64,000 bases of DNA. Source: Albugo candida. Lineage: Eukaryota. Shown here one piece after another: positions 27,062 to 38,553 of the stretch. Each line of letters starts with the position of its first letter. Position 1 is the first letter of the stretch. The stretch is taken from the NCBI GenBank assembly GCA_040437565.1, contig JBDOQK010000031.1, forward strand, positions 124,001 to 188,000, in the 5' to 3' direction. The translations under genes and the position numbers were made by a program. The notes under the pieces were generated by a model. That model saw nothing but the letters and a program-made list of their open reading frames with translations. It made no database searches and was not told the origin of the DNA.

Positions 27062-27886
27062 CTAGACCTGTTCTTCGATATCCATTCCACCGCCTTGTAA
27101 AAAGCCCAATTCATCATCATCTCTGTTTACTGGGCAGTCCCGCAGTAGACCGTGAGCACATGAGAGCGCCGTACTGAACATGAAACACGTGGCTACTCGT
27201 CATTTTCTCGTGATTGTGAACCGTGTAGCTTACCTTGCACCAAAGATAGTGAACAAGACGGAGCCTCCAAAAATTATGATTACGAGAAACGATACTAGAC
27301 CAAACGATTAATTTTGATATGCAGTTTTCGATGAGAAATCAGACCTGTGATCATGCCGAGTCTTCGCTGCTCGGGTGTTATTTCTCTTCCAAAAACCACT
27401 GTTGTATTGTCAGGAGACTCGGAAACGGGAAGATTTAGGACGTAAAACCAAAATCCACCCAAGCATAATAAGACAAACAAGAAGAAAGGATTCAGCATGC
27501 TAAGGAACAACCCCGTATCAGCAACTGTGATTCTGGCGCGTTGTAGTGCTTACATGGCAATACTTCCGACAGCCATGGCTACCACTGCGTAATTTGTAGC
27601 AAAAAACAGCATATTTTTCCGCAGTCGGCTCATAACCACGCTTTTCTCCGGCATGTTGAAGGGCTTTTCTTCACCTATATTTCCATCATAGACGAAGCGT
27701 CGCAATTAGATTATCGACAATGAAAGATTAGCAAGGATAGCTTTACAGCCTACCGAGTCCAAAAAATAAAGAGATGCCTCTGACATTTCTCAGTTTTACC
27801 AGCTCCTGAACATTCTGCTTCACTCGCTGAATTGCGCTCTTTGGCACTTCTACGACTAGTGTTCCGTTCTCACTCTCGCTCATCAT
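27062..27886 (-). CDS. PRA1-family (prenylated Rab acceptor) membrane protein, multi-exon
   Basis: Spliced reading gives RLRKNMLFFATNYAVV, hydrophobic segments and CAHGLLRD with an acidic tail. ATG is at 27886 and TAG at 27062-27064, with GT-AG introns. Confidence 0.8.
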
Positions 27887-28609
27887 TTTCCACTTGATAT
27901 TTGCTATCGAATAACTAGCGCTTAGGATTGGCCAAAATAAAGAGCCTGATATTTCCGACGCACCTTTAGTGACGTAACAGCCCCGCTACAAATAATAAAT
28001 CAATTGGCTGTGCACGTTCTACAATGTAACCAACGGCAGCAGATCTAGTTCATATTATGCTACGAATATGCCCCGTGGAGTCGGATCACAGAATCTTCTA
28101 AAGACTTCAGTGAACGATAATTTCTATTTGCTGCTTATCTGTAACGCGAATGGAAGACTCTTTAACAACCAGTGTGCAAGTGTAATCTTGGCCACGGCTT
28201 GACATTATGGTGTTACTTCTATCTTTGCAACTAGAGACTATAGCGACTGCCTCACGTGATAAAATATTTGATGAAGACTGCAAGATACCAATCAATGCAT
28301 CGCCGACTTATACCATTGCTATTATAAGTGTCCCTGGTGCTTCAAATGGTGCTATGGGTGAACATTTTCGGCGCCGAAGGGAATTGATGTATACCGACCA
28401 ACATCACAACTCAACTGGGCAACGATGCAGATAAGCGCATTGGATGGATCATGCAACCCATCATTGAGTCCTATTTTAAAATAATCAAATCTTCAACACG
28501 AAAGGACCACAAATTGCGCACATCGTTAAACTTCCTATTAAGTGATTGCTAATGTCTTGACTGTAGCATACAAGATTTTGATTGCGTATATCACTCACCG
28601 TTCTATTGT

Positions 28610-28681
28610 GGCCCTGTGGTCTAGTGGTATGATTCTCGCTTCGGGTGCGAGAGGTCCCGGATTCGATCTCCGGCAGGGCCC
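28610..28681 (+). tRNA. tRNA-Pro (anticodon CGG)
   Basis: 72-nt cloverleaf: acceptor GGCCCTG/CAGGGCC, D-arm TGGTCTAGTGGTATGA, anticodon stem CTCGC/GCGAG with loop TTCGGGT, T-arm CCGGA-TTCGATC-TCCGG. Confidence 0.95.
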
Positions 28682-28904
28682 TTTATGATACTTGCTATAT
28701 CTAGGGATTAGATGCGCTCAGTAGCTGTCTAAAGTGTTGCAACAATCTGGACAGCCTCTATTGACTCTATATGTAAATCCTAATTTGCTTTTCGGCGTTT
28801 AATACTACGATTTATACTCTTGTGGCAATGTTTCTGGCTGAAAGTCGAGTTGAATTTTTCCATCGCTGGCGGCGTGTTGGATCAAGGGTCGTCGATAGCA
28901 GATA

Positions 28905-29368
28905 ATGGATTTGACAGATGTATCGCTTCCCTACTGTTTGTTGAATGACGTATATTGATGTTCAACACGTAGACGGAATTCTCGCATCAGAGTGCACTAA
29001 CCATTACAAAGTTGGTCAGTCTGTATCTTTTCGTAAGTAAAGTAATCGTTGTTCCCAAAAGTGCAAATCTCTAGGCGATCGAAACGAGTTTGAAGGATTG
29101 CGTGTACAACCGGAAGAAGGTTCTAGACTGGTCAAACTCATTAGTAGCAACAGTCCTACTAGGATTACAGTCGCTCAACAAGCCGCTCAAGTATGCTGTA
29201 ACATGTGTCTTGATGCAAAAGACAGGCGCAGGATTGGTCACTAGCGCTTCCTGCTTTTGGGATCCGGTCTCGGACGGGCTTTGCACAGTTTTATGGGAAA
29301 ACGCGACAATCTATTGCATCGTCACAGTTTATGGGGTCGGAATTTCCCCTTCATCGAGAGAGCAATAA
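28905..29368 (+). CDS. Dynein light chain, Tctex-1 family (3 exons)
   Basis: KYAVTCVLMQKTGAGLVTSASCFWDPVSDG and WENATIYCIVTVYGV. Two short upstream exons run from ATG 28905, with introns ending at about 28972 and 29074. Confidence 0.92.
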
Positions 29369-29751
29369 CAGTGGTCATTTATTCCTTCCGAACATTTATG
29401 ATGGGATTGTACTAATTGCTGAAGCCGTTCAGTTCGTCTCATTCCTAGCAGTGGCTGCTTCCATTCGGCCAAGCGATTTTATTTTAATAGGTCTTTGACA
29501 CTTAGTCTTTTAGTGAAACCATCTGAAAATTAAACAGAAAAAAATTCCACAGGCATTTGGTCATTTTGCGCTTCCACTAGCACAAATGCCTCGATTAGAA
29601 AAGCTGCTCGCTTGCATACGCATTTCCTCAGATGTCTGTATAATATGCAACAAAACAACATCGCCGCCCCATTATATCACACCAGTCTTGGTGATAATGA
29701 ACAGCAGTGACGAGAAGCAATCACTACTGTTACGAAGCATTCGTTTGCATA

Positions 29752-29999
29752 CTTTCATACATTTACATGTGATCCGATACAATTGTGGTACGTATCAAGT
29801 TATGATAGCCAATCCAAATCTGAAGNNNNNNNNNNNNNNNNNNNNNNNNNNNNNNNNNNNNNNNNNNNNNNNNNNNNNNNNNNNNNNNNNNNNNNNNNNN
29901 NNNNNNNNNNNNNNNNNNNNNNNNNCTTTCATACATTTACATGTGATCCGATACAAGTGTGGTACGTATCAAGTTATGGTAGCCAATCCAAATCTGAAG
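29752..29999. repeat. Gap-flanking duplication with 2 mismatches (29752-29825 vs 29926-29999)
   Basis: 74 bp repeated; T29783/G29957 and A29805/G29979 differ. Confidence 0.9.
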
Positions 30000-30024
30000 G
30001 ATACCGTCGCACAGACATAAAGTA

Positions 30025-33000
30025 ATGGAGCGCCCAGTAGAATTACGCGTGGAGCTACAGCCCGTTTACGATGCAATATCCATAAAAATGCAGCACGATA
30101 TAAACTGTATCCTCGATCCAGATCGGAATCTTCGTCGTCGGTCTTTGGAGAAACTTTATCGATCGTTGAACAGTAATGAGCTCTCCGTGAATCAAGACGT
30201 ATTGCAAGAGTTCTTCCGCTGTAATCTCAAGAAATCGCTTTTATCATGCGCATCTTCAGATCCTATTGAAAAGTGCAGAGAACTGTCTCTACAAATGATA
30301 GGTCATTTTATAGAAAAACGAGTCGTAACGTGCACACAAGAGAATCTTCAAGACCTAACAAATCTTCTTCATGTTCGGCTTGGGAAAGTGCCGTACCCAG
30401 AACCAACCGAAGAAATCCGATTGCTTCTGTTACGACTGTATACTGAGTATATGCGGCAGAGCGCATTGCAAGAACCTTCCATCTCTTTGAAGGACGTAAT
30501 TTCAAATCTTTCCAACGCCCTCGGGAAAGCAGCACTCGATCCATATCCTGATGTCAAGAAGGCCGTGTCGGAATGTGTCATCGTTGTATCCATGTACTGG
30601 CCAGAAGATGTGAAATTACAACTTGGCACCATTGTTAAACCTCTGGTCGGGAATCTGAAACACCAGCACAGTCGAATCCGGGTTTGCACGCTACAGGTAG
30701 AATCATCCGACACTGGTGATCATTTTGTCAGGTGTCACATGAATTCAATTTTAGGCAATACAACAAGTAATACCGTGCGGATCCGAAGCTCTTCCGCTTC
30801 TATTTCAAGAACTGGTGGAACCTGCTTTGAAAAGATTGATGTTTGATCATGCACCTTCAGTGCGGAAACAGCTCAATGTCGCTACTGCGACATGGATGGA
30901 TGAATTAGATGAGTCCAAAAAGTATCGTCAAATACTACTCCCCGTGTTTCTTTCGGGTTTTGTCGATGAGTCGACTGATGTGCGCGATTCTGCATTGCAA
31001 CAAATGCAAAAGTACTCAGAGAAATGGCTCCAACAAAACCTTGATGACGACAAAGAAACCGAAATAATTCCTGATGAGATTCCTCCTACTTTCCCATGGT
31101 NNNNNNNNNNNNNNNNNNNNNNNNNNNNNNNNNNNNNNNNNNNNNNNNNNNNNNNNNNNNNNNNNNNNNNNNNNNNNNNNNNNNNNNNNNNNNNNNNNNN
31201 CGTCAAATACTACTCCCCGTGTTTCTTTCGGGTTTTGTCGATGAGTCGACTGATGTGCGCGATTCTACATTGCAACAAATGCAAAAGTACTCAGAGAAAT
31301 GGCTCCAACAAAACCTTGATGACGACAAAGAAACCGAAATAATTCCTGATGAGATTCCTCCTACTTTCCCATGGTACGACAATGCGGATGCTCTTCAAGG
31401 AATCCGTTCACTCGCTATCAGGTCACTACGTTTTATCAATACCGAGCGTGGTTATCATTCATCTTTGTAATGTTCTCTTGTAGCATACTTGATGAGGCTA
31501 CAATGAATCAATTCTTGGAGAAAACACTTGATTGGACCGTGAGTTGCTGATGCATTTATTCATACTTCGATGTCGATAAAGTATCACGTTCTGAGTATCA
31601 GGTCCAAGTGAAGGAAAAGTATTTGAAGATTAGTGGAGTTTATTACGCGCTTATCGGCCTTCGTGTGAATAAATTCCTGGAGAAGATTCTTAATGCTCTA
31701 TCTGCGATTTGTCAGGACGAGGAACCGGTGATTATCGATGCAGTTCGCCAGATATGCATTATACTTGGAAAGTACGCCGATCAAGAGTTGGTGCTGAGCT
31801 CGATATTGCAAATGGTGATAAGAACATTTTTACTATTGATGTCATCTGACCTCTTCGATGATATAGCTGGATGGTAAGAAGGCAGGCACAGACACCTCCC
31901 ATCATAGAGCACGGGGACTTACTCTTCTTGGGATGACCATCGAAGGGATGGAAGATTTCAGAGATTGTCGAAACGATTTGAATGTATGAAGCGCTTGCTC
32001 TTGTGAGTGTGATTGTTTTATCAATCAACCCGAGTGGGATCGTAGATCGTTTTGGAAGCTTTGATGACTATGACTCTACAGTACTCGGATGCAGAGTCAT
32101 TGATGGAACTTGCTTATGTGGTTGCTAGTATCGTTGACAAGGCAGCCTCATTCATTATGAAAGATGAACAGCGCTTATTTCGGGTGTTCTGGATCCTCAA
32201 TCATATCATGGCCGTCAGTCCGAATGCATCTTTGGCATACAGATCGGTACAGCGACCATATCATGCGCATCTGCCTCATGGAAGTTCTAATTTAGTCTTC
32301 ACAGGCACACGACACGCTGACGAGGATTTCCAACACAACTAATAGATCTTTTAAGGTAAACGAGGATGCCCATCTTGTGCGAAAATCGTGTTGACGGTCG
32401 TATGACTTCACAGCAGCTATATGAGCATTTCCAACAGCAACTGCTGGAAGGCATGCACATCAATAGGGAAAAGCCCACTCAATGGGTTAAATCCGATAAA
32501 GAATATCTCATTTTTGACTTTGTGTGCAGACACGGTGGAAATGTACGTTGTACGTCATGAAGATATCCTATCAAATATCTCATCGGCGGGCAATAGTTTG
32601 TGGCAAACAACATTGAGGAATTGATACCAGTCATCCTACTTCACTTGAAATCGGCTACCGAACCATCTTTACGCCTTGCATTTCTTGCGTTACTGCAGAC
32701 ACTTCTTGAATCTGAAGATTCAAACAAGGTACAGAACGGAAGCACCAGTTTCGAAACGCATTTGATTCTCATGTGGCTTTCACTCAGGCTTTCATACGGT
32801 ATTCTCGCACGATCATTTCAGACGGAATAACACCGAATATAATTTGGAGAGGTGGAAGGGAAGCTGCCACAATTCGGTAAGCAGAATGCGGCAACATGGG
32901 CAATCTCTCATTATTTGCAATAGTAAGGTCGCAATGGCATGTCTGTACACATTATTTAGACATCAGCTCGCCGAACAAAGCTGCTTATTCGAGACAGCAC

Positions 33001-33557
33001 CAGAGGTACCTCCTATTGCTTCGATCGCCACACGGAATCACTTAAACTTTTTTATCAGATCTTTCCGATATTGAAATCTCTTTTGGATGATTTCGATGCA
33101 AATACTCGGCATTTGGTGTGCTTAATTTTCGAGTACTTATTCGCGGCATTGCCAGGCCGTCTCGGAGGTTCAATCATTTGCGATGCTTAGAATTGGTATA
33201 TATCTTACATTAGCTTGACCTGTAGAAGAACCTGTTCACCAGCTCTACTCGGATCTACTCAAGCGACTGGATGACAGTAGCGATATTGTTCGGAAAGCGG
33301 CCTGCAAGACACTTATCGCGTTCTTCCAAGCTTCCCCTCCAGAATATTTTGCAGGGACCATCATTGACTACATACTAAATAATTTATTCATTCATCTGGA
33401 TGACCCCGATGAGAACATACAATCTGCGATATTCCAAGTTTTACAGCACGCTACAAGGATCAATGCTGCCTTAGTGATGGAAAAGGCCAAGGAGAATCAA
33501 AGTCGTCATCGTAGTCCTCATTACTGTAATCAGCTTATAGAGCTGATTCAGAATTAG
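30025..33557 (+). CDS. DNAAF5: Dynein axonemal assembly factor 5 (HEATR2)-like HEAT-repeat protein, multi-exon, spans an assembly gap
   Basis: EPTEEIRL, DPYPDVKK, LKHQHSRIR, FDHAPSVR, IWRGGREAATIR-KVAMACL, LLKRLDDSSDIVR, LFIHLDDPDENIQ and HRSPHYC; stop TAG at 33555-33557. Confidence 0.88.
30926..31375. repeat. Gap-flanking duplication with 1 mismatch (30926-31100 vs 31201-31375)
   Basis: 175 bp repeated; G30992/A31267 gives Ala vs Thr in the DNAAF5-like protein. Confidence 0.9.
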
Positions 33558-33600
33558 AAATGGAGGTGCTCTTATATTCTCCATTTAAACAAAGGTTTAC

Positions 33601-34343
33601 TCAAGCAAAGTCGAGTTTCTTTTGATCAAGTGCATCAAAGTATAACATCGTGTGCTGAAGCTGGCAATGTTCTTGCTCACGTTGTAGGAGATGCCGATTA
33701 TGACGAGATTGCTTCGTGTCAGACCGCGCAGCTCCGCTCGACGAAGTAGAGGTTGTTTGACCTGGAACCACATCAACCACAGTTTTCTTTATTAATTGCT
33801 GCTTGCTTCTCTTCTTTCTCTTCTCCGATTCTCTAGCCCGCACACGTCTGCCACTATTCATATTTCTTTTTGCAACCCGTTTATGGTTTCTTTCCTCTAC
33901 TTCTTCTTGTACCTATGTCAAAGCGTCGTATCGTCAGATGTACTACAAAGCAATCCGAATACGCATATGTACAGGATATTCAGAGAGATGAGNNNNNNNN
34001 NNNNNNNNNNNNNNNNNNNNNNNNNNNNNNNNNNNNNNNNNNNNNNNNNNNNNNNNNNNNNNNNNNNNNNNNNNNNNNNNNNNNNNNNNNNNATATTTCT
34101 TTTTGCAACCCGTTTATGGTTTCTTTCCTCTACTTCTTCTTGTACCTATGTCAAAGCGCCGTATCGTCAGATGTACTACAAAGCAATCCGAATACGCATA
34201 TGTACAGGATATTCAGAGAGATGAGATGCTTCCGTCTTACTACTCTTCTTTTTTCCCCCCACAAATTCCTGTTGTAAAACAGGTAGCTGTTCTAGCACTG
34301 ATAAGCCTCTCCCAGTATGGCCAGTCTTGCGGGATCTTCCCAT
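33601..34343 (-). CDS. Small basic (K/R-rich) hypothetical protein, 2 exons, spans an assembly gap
   Basis: MGRSRKTGH...EYP, then intron GTACAT...CATAG, then VQEEVEERNHKRVAKRNMNSGRR...LDFA*. The reading is continuous once the duplicated flank is collapsed. Confidence 0.6.
33860..34225. repeat. Gap-flanking duplication with 1 mismatch (33860-33992 vs 34093-34225)
   Basis: 133 bp repeated; T33926/C34159 differ. Confidence 0.9.
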
Positions 34344-34533
34344 TTTCCACCGCTTTTGAAGTTGAACTTCACTCTTTCCGCTGAACGGCACTTTAACAAA
34401 TTGACTACAAAAGTATGATAGAAAACTGAAAGCTTCATATCTTGAGAATCACTATTTGTGATCGGTACTTGCCCCAGAAACGAACTTGCTCCGTCAATAG
34501 AGCGATGCCGACACTAATCTATTCTTCCTGTAT

Positions 34534-37500
34534 TCACGTTGTATCCATGCAATCAGGTGATTCATTGTCATAATGTATGGTATCCTTAGCAAGAAAGAGG
34601 ATCTGTTCGAAAGCAACATTTTCGTGTTTGCCCCATAGCCTATGATCACGCCACTTTTGTTGAGGAAATTTTGGACTACCGATTCCGTGCAGCAGTTTTG
34701 TAACGTTGATGCTTGTCCAGACATCGCCACCGGTATCCGTCAAGAGTAATTCCTTGATGTCTTCGATAATAATGCGTCGCTTCTCAGCCGTTAATGCGGG
34801 AATCAAGTCCTCCATCAGTTTGCTACATTGTTCTTCGCCGTCGAAATATGAGGTCAATCGTTTCTCTAGATGTATCTGCCTCTCAATTTGCGCCGAATCG
34901 CTTCTAATATCAAAGAGATTGATCTGTTCCAATTCTTCTTGTGTCGAAATGGATGCTTCCCGGAAAATACTGTACAATGTCTCGAAGCGATTGACTTGGC
35001 GACGTTGTAGCTGTTCATGCTTACGATAGAGGCGAGACGTGACTAGAATCAGGGAGTTTTGAAGCTCTTGATGATCTCTGACAGTAAGCTCTATTTGTAT
35101 TCGACACGCCAGTTTTTCGGCTTGGAATCGACTTATTACACCTCTGGCACTGAACTCCTGCAAGGTATGCCAAAGTCGTTGCTCCATTGCTTCGACCTTT
35201 TCTTCTATCGCATACTCCGGAGAAGGCCCATATAAGTGCATTGCTGTTTCAAGGAGAGGGAATCTCAATATCAGTACTGACGTATATCCTTCATTGCGTC
35301 GTTCCACGTGTGCAACCTTGCTCAGTTTTCCTTGTTCTATAGCATCAATAATACGCATCAGAAAGCTGACGTCATCATCCCCATCATCCTTTGTTGAAAG
35401 CTTTGATGCTGGCAAATAAACTACACAGAGCAAACCACGTGGAGTAAATTCTGCATCCATCTTGAGACCTATGCTTTCCTCTGGAGCAGAGTCCAGCTCT
35501 AAATGGCAAAGCGCCAGAAAAGTTTGTATCATAGCTTTATTCATGTCGACAAACACCTCGAGCCAAGCCAATTCTAGATCGATCACAAGAAATTGGGAAG
35601 ACTCCTCTACGCTTGTACGAACAATCACACAATGCTCATCTGCAACTCTCAGTACGTCTGTGGTCAGCTCGTCAAATGAACGCTTGTGAAGTGCTTTCCG
35701 CGCCACCTGGCTCCCAAGCAAACTGAGTAGTGAAGCCAGTTGCGTCTCTTCTACGCTGCTGTGGAACAACAGAGAGCGTCTGGGTAACACTTCTTCGACA
35801 TAAAGGTAAGATATCCCGAATGCGTGCTTCTGATCGCGGCCAGCGCGACCGATTTGTTGCACATATGCTTCTATAGAAGACGGAAAATGATAATGGATAA
35901 CCCCACGAACATTCGGTTTATCAATTCCCATTCCAAATGCAATCGTAGCGACCATGACCTTGATTAAACCACGCTGGAACTGCGATCGAATTCTCGCCTT
36001 GATCGCTGAGTCGAGTCCAGCATGGAAAGATGCAATTCTGACCGACTTTTTCTTTGATAATGTCAATAAAGGTATGAACTGTTGCTCTAGAAGCATCGCC
36101 ACGTTATCTGCATCTCTTTGTCGATGAACATAGACCAAAAGACCACCTCGGTTTGATTTGTTCTCGAAAAACTGGTGCATTAGCATAATCAAGTGGTCGA
36201 TTCGCTCTTCCTCAGATCCCACACGAACGATGATGATCGAGAAATTCGGTCGATACCACGGTAGACTCATAACCGCGCTTTCAGCTTCCTTGGGTTTGAC
36301 GTCGTGACAACGCTCTCTTCGCTGCTCGATTTGTGTGAGGATATCGAGTGTTACGCGCTTCGAAGCCGTCGCAGTCAGTGCAAGGATACAATCCGCACGA
36401 GGGAAAATCGTGTCGCACAAGCGTAAGAAACTCGGACGAAAATAGTGAGACCACTCTGAGATACAATGCGCTTCATCGACGCACACCAATGAGACAGTGA
36501 CGTTGCTCAAAGAGAGCAAATGCAAAAACGATTTTGTGATTGCTCGTTCGGGCGAAACGTAAATCAATTTGAGCTCTTTTCGATACAGCCGATCCAACAT
36601 TGAGACATAATCAGTCTTTCGCATTGAGTTCGCACTTGATAGTATCGTTGCATGTTGTTTTATCAAAGATGGTAAGTGATCGTATTGATCTTGCATGAGT
36701 GCAATCAGCGGTGAGATTACGATTGTGATACCAGCAAGAAATAAGACCGGAAATTGATAACATAATGATTTTCCGGCTCCAGTTGGAAGAATAAGAACAG
36801 CATCTTTCTTGTCGAGAACACGATCGATTGCCCAAAGCTGACATTGGCGAAAATTCTGATGACCAAAGACAACTTTGAGATTGTGTATCAAGCTTTCATT
36901 CTGAGACTGTATAGAGTCATGCGTCTGCGTTGGTAGCAGACCCAGCTTCTTGGAGGCTATTGCTTTGTCACAACAATCGTGTCTGACCCAATCCTTGCAT
37001 TTATTGACGAGTTGCTTGATCGCAAAGGGAAAATAATCGTCCTCCCAAAGGAAAAAATTACACTGCCCTTCTGCAACGTGATGCGGGCAAGTGAAAAAGC
37101 ACTTTCCATGATTCACATTTTTTTTCTTCACCGTAGAGAGTTTGCATTGAAGCATGTGATAGCAACGAGGAGATGGCGCAGAGTATGCGGCTTGATCGAT
37201 AGAGGGTGAAGAAGATGGTGACGTTTTGTTTGACGTCGATACGACCCTGGTGCATTCGTACAAAAAGTAACTTACATCATCGACGATGACTTCTTCTTGG
37301 CAACCTTTCTGTAGAATGGGCTCAGTTTTCCCTTGATTCACCTCCACACAATCATCTACAAAATCACTGCTACTTTCCTCAATGGATAGAGTGTTGGGCA
37401 AAGTATCATCCCAATTCATCGATGATGCGCGCATGTAAGCTGGAACCTCGCGAGGTGTACGCGATGAACGACCGTGACGGCGCTTCATATTGAGACGAAT

Positions 37501-38106
37501 AAAATTTCCATGCTTTGGGATCGTACGTGATACTTTGCCGTCCGAGTACTGAAGACCGGAAGTGGGCATGTAGCGGTAACCATGCACTTTCGTTGGCGAG
37601 TAATTATTGAACACAGACAAATCGAGATCCCCCAACACCGAACTTTTGGACTCATTTTTACCACGAGTAACTATCTCTTTCTTCGTCTCTTTTCTTGAAT
37701 GCTTCTTTAGGATGGTGGAAGAACGGCTAGTAGGCACAATCGATGCAGACATTTCCAAGTTCGCTATAATGCTGTCGGCAGGCTTGTCGACAACGTTATT
37801 TGTGCTATTTGAGTCATTTTTGTACAATTCGTTGTAAATTCTGTCGAAATCGTCCTCCAAGGGTATAGCCTTTTCTTCTCTTTTTACCGGACACGGAGGA
37901 ACTGCTACAGCATCAGCAATTTGTGTATCCGCTTTCTTTGCTCTCCTTTTTTTCAAAGCGCGATGTAACCATGAGGAATCATTTGACACTTTTGATGCCT
38001 GAGCATTATCGACATTCGTAGCTTTATGTAGTGTAGAGAGAATGGATCGCTTCTGTGTCCGTCCTGAAGATGCAAGCTGTGTAGCTGAGTGTTGCTGAGA
38101 CCGCAT
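34534..38106 (-). CDS. RECQL4-like ATP-dependent DNA helicase with a GRF zinc finger
   Basis: Intronless 1190 aa with LPTGAGKSLCYQ, VDEAHCISEWSHYFRP, LTATA, ATIAFGMGIDKPNVR and QQIGRAGRD. It also has the RECQL4-type NFIRLNMK motif and C-terminal LHGIGSPKFP...W. Confidence 0.92.
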   Translation of the reverse strand: MRSQQHSATQLASSGRTQKRSILSTLHKATNVDNAQASKVSNDSSWLHRALKKRRAKKADTQIADAVAVPPCPVKREEKAIPLEDDFDRIYNELYKNDSNSTNNVVDKPADSIIANLEMSASIVPTSRSSTILKKHSRKETKKEIVTRGKNESKSSVLGDLDLSVFNNYSPTKVHGYRYMPTSGLQYSDGKVSRTIPKHGNFIRLNMKRRHGRSSRTPREVPAYMRASSMNWDDTLPNTLSIEESSSDFVDDCVEVNQGKTEPILQKGCQEEVIVDDVSYFLYECTRVVSTSNKTSPSSSPSIDQAAYSAPSPRCYHMLQCKLSTVKKKNVNHGKCFFTCPHHVAEGQCNFFLWEDDYFPFAIKQLVNKCKDWVRHDCCDKAIASKKLGLLPTQTHDSIQSQNESLIHNLKVVFGHQNFRQCQLWAIDRVLDKKDAVLILPTGAGKSLCYQFPVLFLAGITIVISPLIALMQDQYDHLPSLIKQHATILSSANSMRKTDYVSMLDRLYRKELKLIYVSPERAITKSFLHLLSLSNVTVSLVCVDEAHCISEWSHYFRPSFLRLCDTIFPRADCILALTATASKRVTLDILTQIEQRRERCHDVKPKEAESAVMSLPWYRPNFSIIIVRVGSEEERIDHLIMLMHQFFENKSNRGGLLVYVHRQRDADNVAMLLEQQFIPLLTLSKKKSVRIASFHAGLDSAIKARIRSQFQRGLIKVMVATIAFGMGIDKPNVRGVIHYHFPSSIEAYVQQIGRAGRDQKHAFGISYLYVEEVLPRRSLLFHSSVEETQLASLLSLLGSQVARKALHKRSFDELTTDVLRVADEHCVIVRTSVEESSQFLVIDLELAWLEVFVDMNKAMIQTFLALCHLELDSAPEESIGLKMDAEFTPRGLLCVVYLPASKLSTKDDGDDDVSFLMRIIDAIEQGKLSKVAHVERRNEGYTSVLILRFPLLETAMHLYGPSPEYAIEEKVEAMEQRLWHTLQEFSARGVISRFQAEKLACRIQIELTVRDHQELQNSLILVTSRLYRKHEQLQRRQVNRFETLYSIFREASISTQEELEQINLFDIRSDSAQIERQIHLEKRLTSYFDGEEQCSKLMEDLIPALTAEKRRIIIEDIKELLLTDTGGDVWTSINVTKLLHGIGSPKFPQQKWRDHRLWGKHENVAFEQILFLAKDTIHYDNESPDCMDTT

Positions 38107-38553
38107 TACCCGACAATGGCGGCAACGTGGGTGATTGGATCAAAAGCTCGTTTGATGATAAAATGACTGCAAACTGCAGCTGTTACCATGCAGCTCGAAA
38201 TAAGTACGCTGACAAAGCACAACAGCAAGGTGATCGAAGGATCTATAGAGATTTGTTGATTAAATTTTATCAAAAATATTTGTAGCTGAAATGGATAGTT
38301 TAGCGGGTAAACAAAAAGCTCGAGTAGGCTTATACTTTGCGTCCTTTCCCCGTTGGGTCGAGAGCTTTATATCGGCGACATTGCCATCACTGTACTTCGC
38401 AGTCCAGGCTGCTCTTCGCTTACATTCCTTGTCCGATAAGTTGATGAGCGATCAAGTGAATAGGTGGTTGCTTCCGAGGCGCCGAGTCTCGCAGATAAAT
38501 GATACAGTTTTCAGAGACTGAGTAGTGCTCTAGTTGTGAACGGAGTTATGATG

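Noticed and set aside
28107-28434. Short ORFs between PRA1 and the tRNA
   Set aside because: 60-75 aa with no motif, splice support or homology that I can recognise.
12050-34225. Direct repeats around N gaps as real tandem duplications, LTRs or target-site duplications
   Set aside because: Each pair abuts a standard 100-N gap, and collapsing it restores the reading frame where it falls in a gene. This is typical of unmerged contig overlaps.
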